Below are positions 60,361 to 64,000 of a stretch of DNA of 64,000 nt, in pieces. The notes under the pieces are model-generated. The model was not told the DNA's origin, did no database searches, and worked only from the letters and a program-made list of their open reading frames with translations. This DNA is from Bdellovibrionales bacterium (GTDB lineage Bacteria; Bdellovibrionota; Bdellovibrionia; Bdellovibrionales; CAYMLA01). The stretch is from the NCBI GenBank assembly GCA_965217115.1, contig OZ244239.1, positions 256,001-320,000 of the forward strand, given 5' to 3'. Each line of letters starts with the position of its first letter. Within the stretch, counting starts at the first letter, position 1. The translations under genes were made by a program, and so were the position numbers.

Positions 60361-60449
60361 CGTTTGACTCCTAAGATTCTCCCCAGGAGCTTCTGCACCC
60401 CACGATATTTAACGCCTCTTAATACGCCCCTTATGACAATACCAAACCT

Positions 60450-60477
60450 CTATCGGCCAATCACAGAAAGATGATTA
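60450..60477 (-). promoter_or_regulatory. Putative sigma28 promoter
   Basis: Minus strand TAAT-N16-GCCGATAG. Confidence 0.5.
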
Positions 60478-60610
60478 AGAGATCATAATAATGTTCCAAT
60501 ATGGGACGTCAGACCCTAAAAAATGCTTTTTCCTTCAACTTCACCCATTCAATTTACGATAGCTTTTCCAGGGGCAGTCGCGATAGTCTCTTCTCTTCTA
60601 AGAGAGACCC

Positions 60611-62029
60611 GTGAACTTGAATCTTATGAAAAATATTTTCAACAACGATTTTCTAAAACCCATTGCCTTGGCCCTCTTTGTCATCGCCTCTCTGTTCTTC
60701 TCTCTGTTCTTCTCTCTCTCTGGGCAACAGTCAAAAGCCCCTTCGGGCCATACAGAACAGGCCTCCTGGTTTATCAATAGCAAGACTGTCCTAGAGGTCA
60801 GAGAAGATGACCATGGCAGTTATTGGCCCCAATTTGATTCATCGGTCTACCCATTGAGCGCCATAGGTCTGCTCATTGTAAATAAGGAGCTACAGTGCAC
60901 AGGCTTTATTGTGGGCCCCTATGAAGTGATCACTGCCGCTCACTGTATTTATGATATTAAAAACATTGGCGGCACCCATGGGAAGGACCCCTATGACGAC
61001 ATCATCATTGTCTTTGAGCGTTTTGAGAACAATCACTCAGGTAATAAAAAATATCGCCTCCGCCCCGTTCTTACACACTCTGCTCACACAGCACAAGTAG
61101 ACCGGCAGAGACGACCTCGGAGAGCGCCTGCTGGGTTTTTACATGATTGGTACCTCTTAAAGAGTGACAAGCCCATCGGCGAATACTTTGGCTGGCTAGG
61201 TCTTAAAAACTCCCAGCAAGGGACGACGTCTTCAAGCCAACGGGTTCCCGAATATTTCAGCAGAGAAATGATGAAATACTTCATCACCTCTGGCAACTCC
61301 CTGAATCATATTTTTCAGCTCAGATCCCAAACACCTGTCAAAGAAGATGTGATTCAAGGGCCTAACGAGCTGGCTTTAACCAAAACAATTGTCCCCTCCT
61401 TTATCAGTGCCAACGGGATAGGGAAGCACACTGTGGACAGGGGAAATTTTTCCACCTTTCCCATGTCCATTTCCTATGATTGCAATTTTAAAGATTTCCT
61501 CTACAAAGATCTCCTATTCACCAATCTCATCCACAACTGCAATATCTCAGGGGGCGCCTCTGGTTCCCCCCACCTGGAGATCTCTGATAACAAGGCCTAC
61601 GTCACAGGCATCATCTCGGGGGGTAGTGGGAATATCAAGCAATCTGCCAAGAAGACAATCACAGAGCGCATTATTAAACATTTACAAGAGCTTTACAGCA
61701 TCTTGAAAAAACACAATCCAGAAGAGGACTCTGCCTACCAATACTCCTTTGACAAGAAAACAGGAAAGCGCGTTGCACAGTTAAAACGAATGCTCAAACG
61801 CAAGGGTATTTTTATCAATAAAAAGAGCTCCGACATTGGCAATGTCTTTGAACATCTCCAAACACAACGGCGTAGATTTAACACGATCAGCAAAGAGCGC
61901 CTTCCATTTTTCTTCACACAGGCAAAGACTCATCCGATGGAGAGGAATTACAACCAATCCACTCCCTCTGATGATTTTTTCTATCCTGTCAGAGATTACC
62001 TTAAAGAAAACTATCCCCACCTTTTCTAA
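60611..62029 (+). CDS. Trypsin-like (S1, V8-type) serine protease
   Basis: N-terminal hydrophobic anchor, CTGF, TAAHC, HDWYLL, CNISGGASGSP. Confidence 0.85.
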   Translation: MNLNLMKNIFNNDFLKPIALALFVIASLFFSLFFSLSGQQSKAPSGHTEQASWFINSKTVLEVREDDHGSYWPQFDSSVYPLSAIGLLIVNKELQCTGFIVGPYEVITAAHCIYDIKNIGGTHGKDPYDDIIIVFERFENNHSGNKKYRLRPVLTHSAHTAQVDRQRRPRRAPAGFLHDWYLLKSDKPIGEYFGWLGLKNSQQGTTSSSQRVPEYFSREMMKYFITSGNSLNHIFQLRSQTPVKEDVIQGPNELALTKTIVPSFISANGIGKHTVDRGNFSTFPMSISYDCNFKDFLYKDLLFTNLIHNCNISGGASGSPHLEISDNKAYVTGIISGGSGNIKQSAKKTITERIIKHLQELYSILKKHNPEEDSAYQYSFDKKTGKRVAQLKRMLKRKGIFINKKSSDIGNVFEHLQTQRRRFNTISKERLPFFFTQAKTHPMERNYNQSTPSDDFFYPVRDYLKENYPHLF

Positions 62030-62217
62030 GGAAAATGCCACCCCCCCAGGGGAGTTTCTCTCTCCCACCGGAGGTGACCCCTAAGGGCTCAGAGTATTGA
62101 TGTTTTTTCATATTTAGGAAATATCTACACAAATAAATTCAAATTTAAGGGACCAACACCCTCAGACACCTTTAATTGAGGTGCCACACTGGCATGGACG
62201 TCGCATCGGATCTGTGT

Positions 62218-63954
62218 ATGATGAGCAAAGATATTCCCTCCCTATTTTCAACCCTTCTCACCAGTGGCTCTTTAGCCCTCGGAGTGGCCCATTTAGGGTT
62301 GACTGGTTGCTCGGCGAAAATAGATCAGGAGCCCGCCACCATCATCAAAATCGTCCACCCTAAACCCACCCAGAAAAAGCTGCGCAGTGATTTGTTTGCA
62401 GCCGTTCTCAAAAAAGATTACGACTCCGTGGAACAACTGATCCAAAGAGAAGTTGATGTTAATTCCTATGACAGACACGGTCACACCCCGCTTATGCGTG
62501 CCGTGCAACAGAGGGAGATCATCATCGTCCAGCTTCTGTTAAAAGCTGGCGCAAAAATCTATCAAAAACAACGAGATCACTCAGACACGGTTTTAGATCT
62601 TCTCGAATCCGACGGCAATATCAAAAAAACCGTTAAAGAACATGAACACGCCCTCCTCCTTAAATTGCAAGAACAGCTCGAAGGGCAGGAATTTGCCCAG
62701 GCCCTCACCCTCACCCAAGGGCAGTTTATCCCCATAAATTCAATTCTGCCCAGTAAGAGAGATCTATTGGACACCACGCTTATCTCCATCAGGGATCGCC
62801 CTGAACGGGCTAAGGACTATGTTGCTTTTCTTCTAGAAAATCTAACTGACGATAGGGCGCTGCTCTACAAGAACTACAAAAACCTCATGGTTTTCATCTC
62901 CTCCACACAGGACAGGGAACTCCTAAAAACCGTTGTTCTAAAAACCGTCAATACGTCCCTTCAAACCCTGCCGAGGGGTCACTCCTATGAAAAATATTAT
63001 TTCTTCAATTCACAGGATCACGATCACATTCAGTGGTTTCTGTTCAAGTTAAAACTCTTAAAAAAATACAACTTCACCCATCGAACATTCTTCTTAAGAG
63101 ATATCATCTCCCCCCAGCCTGAAACGGTTTTCTTAAACGAACACATTCTAAAGGTGATCGAGAAGATCACTCTCACCGAATTAAGCTCCTTCTACGAACT
63201 CTTGGAGGTAACAGCCCAGTACCTGCGAGAGGATCTGTCTCTTCTAAAGGCGAAGTACCATCCTGAAAAACTCAACTCCCCTGAGTTGAATGTCCTGAGA
63301 CAGGAAGATCTTAGACGCATGCAAGGGCGAGTGAACCATCACTTCAACGATATTCTCTGGGTGATGTTGGAAAATTCAAGGGAAGATCTTCTATTTACTG
63401 ATGCTGTTTCCAAAACCATCGACATTTGGAAAAAAATAGGTCTTCAAGACATCGGCATTCAAGCTTCAGTGTTCTCTAAGGAAGATAAGGATTTAAAAAA
63501 TCTCGACCAAGCCGTTCTTATTATATTAAAAAGCTTTTACTTTAAAAAACATGATTTTGAAGAGATTCACAGAATCATTGATGATCTAGAGCTTTTCTAC
63601 AACGCCTCTAAAAAATTCAACACAGAGAGTGTTCTCTATGTTTCAAACAGCCAAATAAAAAAAGGGCCAAAAAAACAACTCATTGAGAAACTGATTGTAA
63701 ATACGGAAACCGTCTCTCCACAACAAATAGAGCAACTCTTTAGGGTCAGGCACCTACGGACAATCACCTGGCTATTAGAGTCACACCTGGAATTCTCTCA
63801 CATCAATCTCCTGGCCACCTACGCGTACAGACACATCACAATCGCCAGTGAGCGGGGTAAAATCATTAATTTACTCAAGATGAAGGGTTACAACCCTCCT
63901 AAAACAAAGACAACGTGTATCAAAAGCGCTAACCCAAACATAGACTGTCGCTAA
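62218..63954 (+). CDS. Ankyrin-repeat putative lipoprotein
   Basis: Lipobox LTGC. DVNSYDRHGHTPLMRAV...LLLKAGA. Start uncertain (62176 or 62218). Confidence 0.75.
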   Translation: MMSKDIPSLFSTLLTSGSLALGVAHLGLTGCSAKIDQEPATIIKIVHPKPTQKKLRSDLFAAVLKKDYDSVEQLIQREVDVNSYDRHGHTPLMRAVQQREIIIVQLLLKAGAKIYQKQRDHSDTVLDLLESDGNIKKTVKEHEHALLLKLQEQLEGQEFAQALTLTQGQFIPINSILPSKRDLLDTTLISIRDRPERAKDYVAFLLENLTDDRALLYKNYKNLMVFISSTQDRELLKTVVLKTVNTSLQTLPRGHSYEKYYFFNSQDHDHIQWFLFKLKLLKKYNFTHRTFFLRDIISPQPETVFLNEHILKVIEKITLTELSSFYELLEVTAQYLREDLSLLKAKYHPEKLNSPELNVLRQEDLRRMQGRVNHHFNDILWVMLENSREDLLFTDAVSKTIDIWKKIGLQDIGIQASVFSKEDKDLKNLDQAVLIILKSFYFKKHDFEEIHRIIDDLELFYNASKKFNTESVLYVSNSQIKKGPKKQLIEKLIVNTETVSPQQIEQLFRVRHLRTITWLLESHLEFSHINLLATYAYRHITIASERGKIINLLKMKGYNPPKTKTTCIKSANPNIDCR

Positions 63955-64000
63955 TCAAATATTTTCCTTAAAGTCTCGATACGACAGGACAGGTTTAACA

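Overview
AT-rich bacterial chromosome segment with most genes on the minus strand. Gene content points to a predatory Bdellovibrionota-like organism (inference): REC-DUF4388-TPR regulator, giant lipoproteins, type IV pilin, cdaA-cdaR-glmM-pdxJ cluster, several sigma28-like promoters. Housekeeping blocks are rpmG; miaB-DUF151-gamma-CA-guaB-guaA-dnaE; an ABC exporter pair with a DEAD-box helicase and DedA; grxB; htpG; tilS-ftsH-cdaA-cdaR-glmM-pdxJ-tsaE; glpX and pgsA. The most notable items are: (1) a three-gene operon at 28.6-33.3 kb encoding a MotB/ZorB-like protein with a long basic coiled coil, a tail-less MotA/ZorA-like protein and a membrane-anchored FHA/coiled-coil protein, a candidate uncharacterised ion-driven envelope machine; (2) a 351-bp ISL3-type non-autonomous element with an 8-bp target-site duplication and a heavily structured interior; (3) a plastic surface-protein region at 38-45 kb with a pilin, a mosaic subtilase lipoprotein, a truncated paralogue, an FG-GAP protein and a decayed 194-bp copy of the neighbouring gene; (4) an outer-membrane barrel paired with a 1682-aa repeat lipoprotein; (5) a cdaA gene apparently lacking a canonical start codon, a G9 tract in the ftsH promoter spacer, and an atypical class III cyclase. 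No tRNA, rRNA or CRISPR array was seen.
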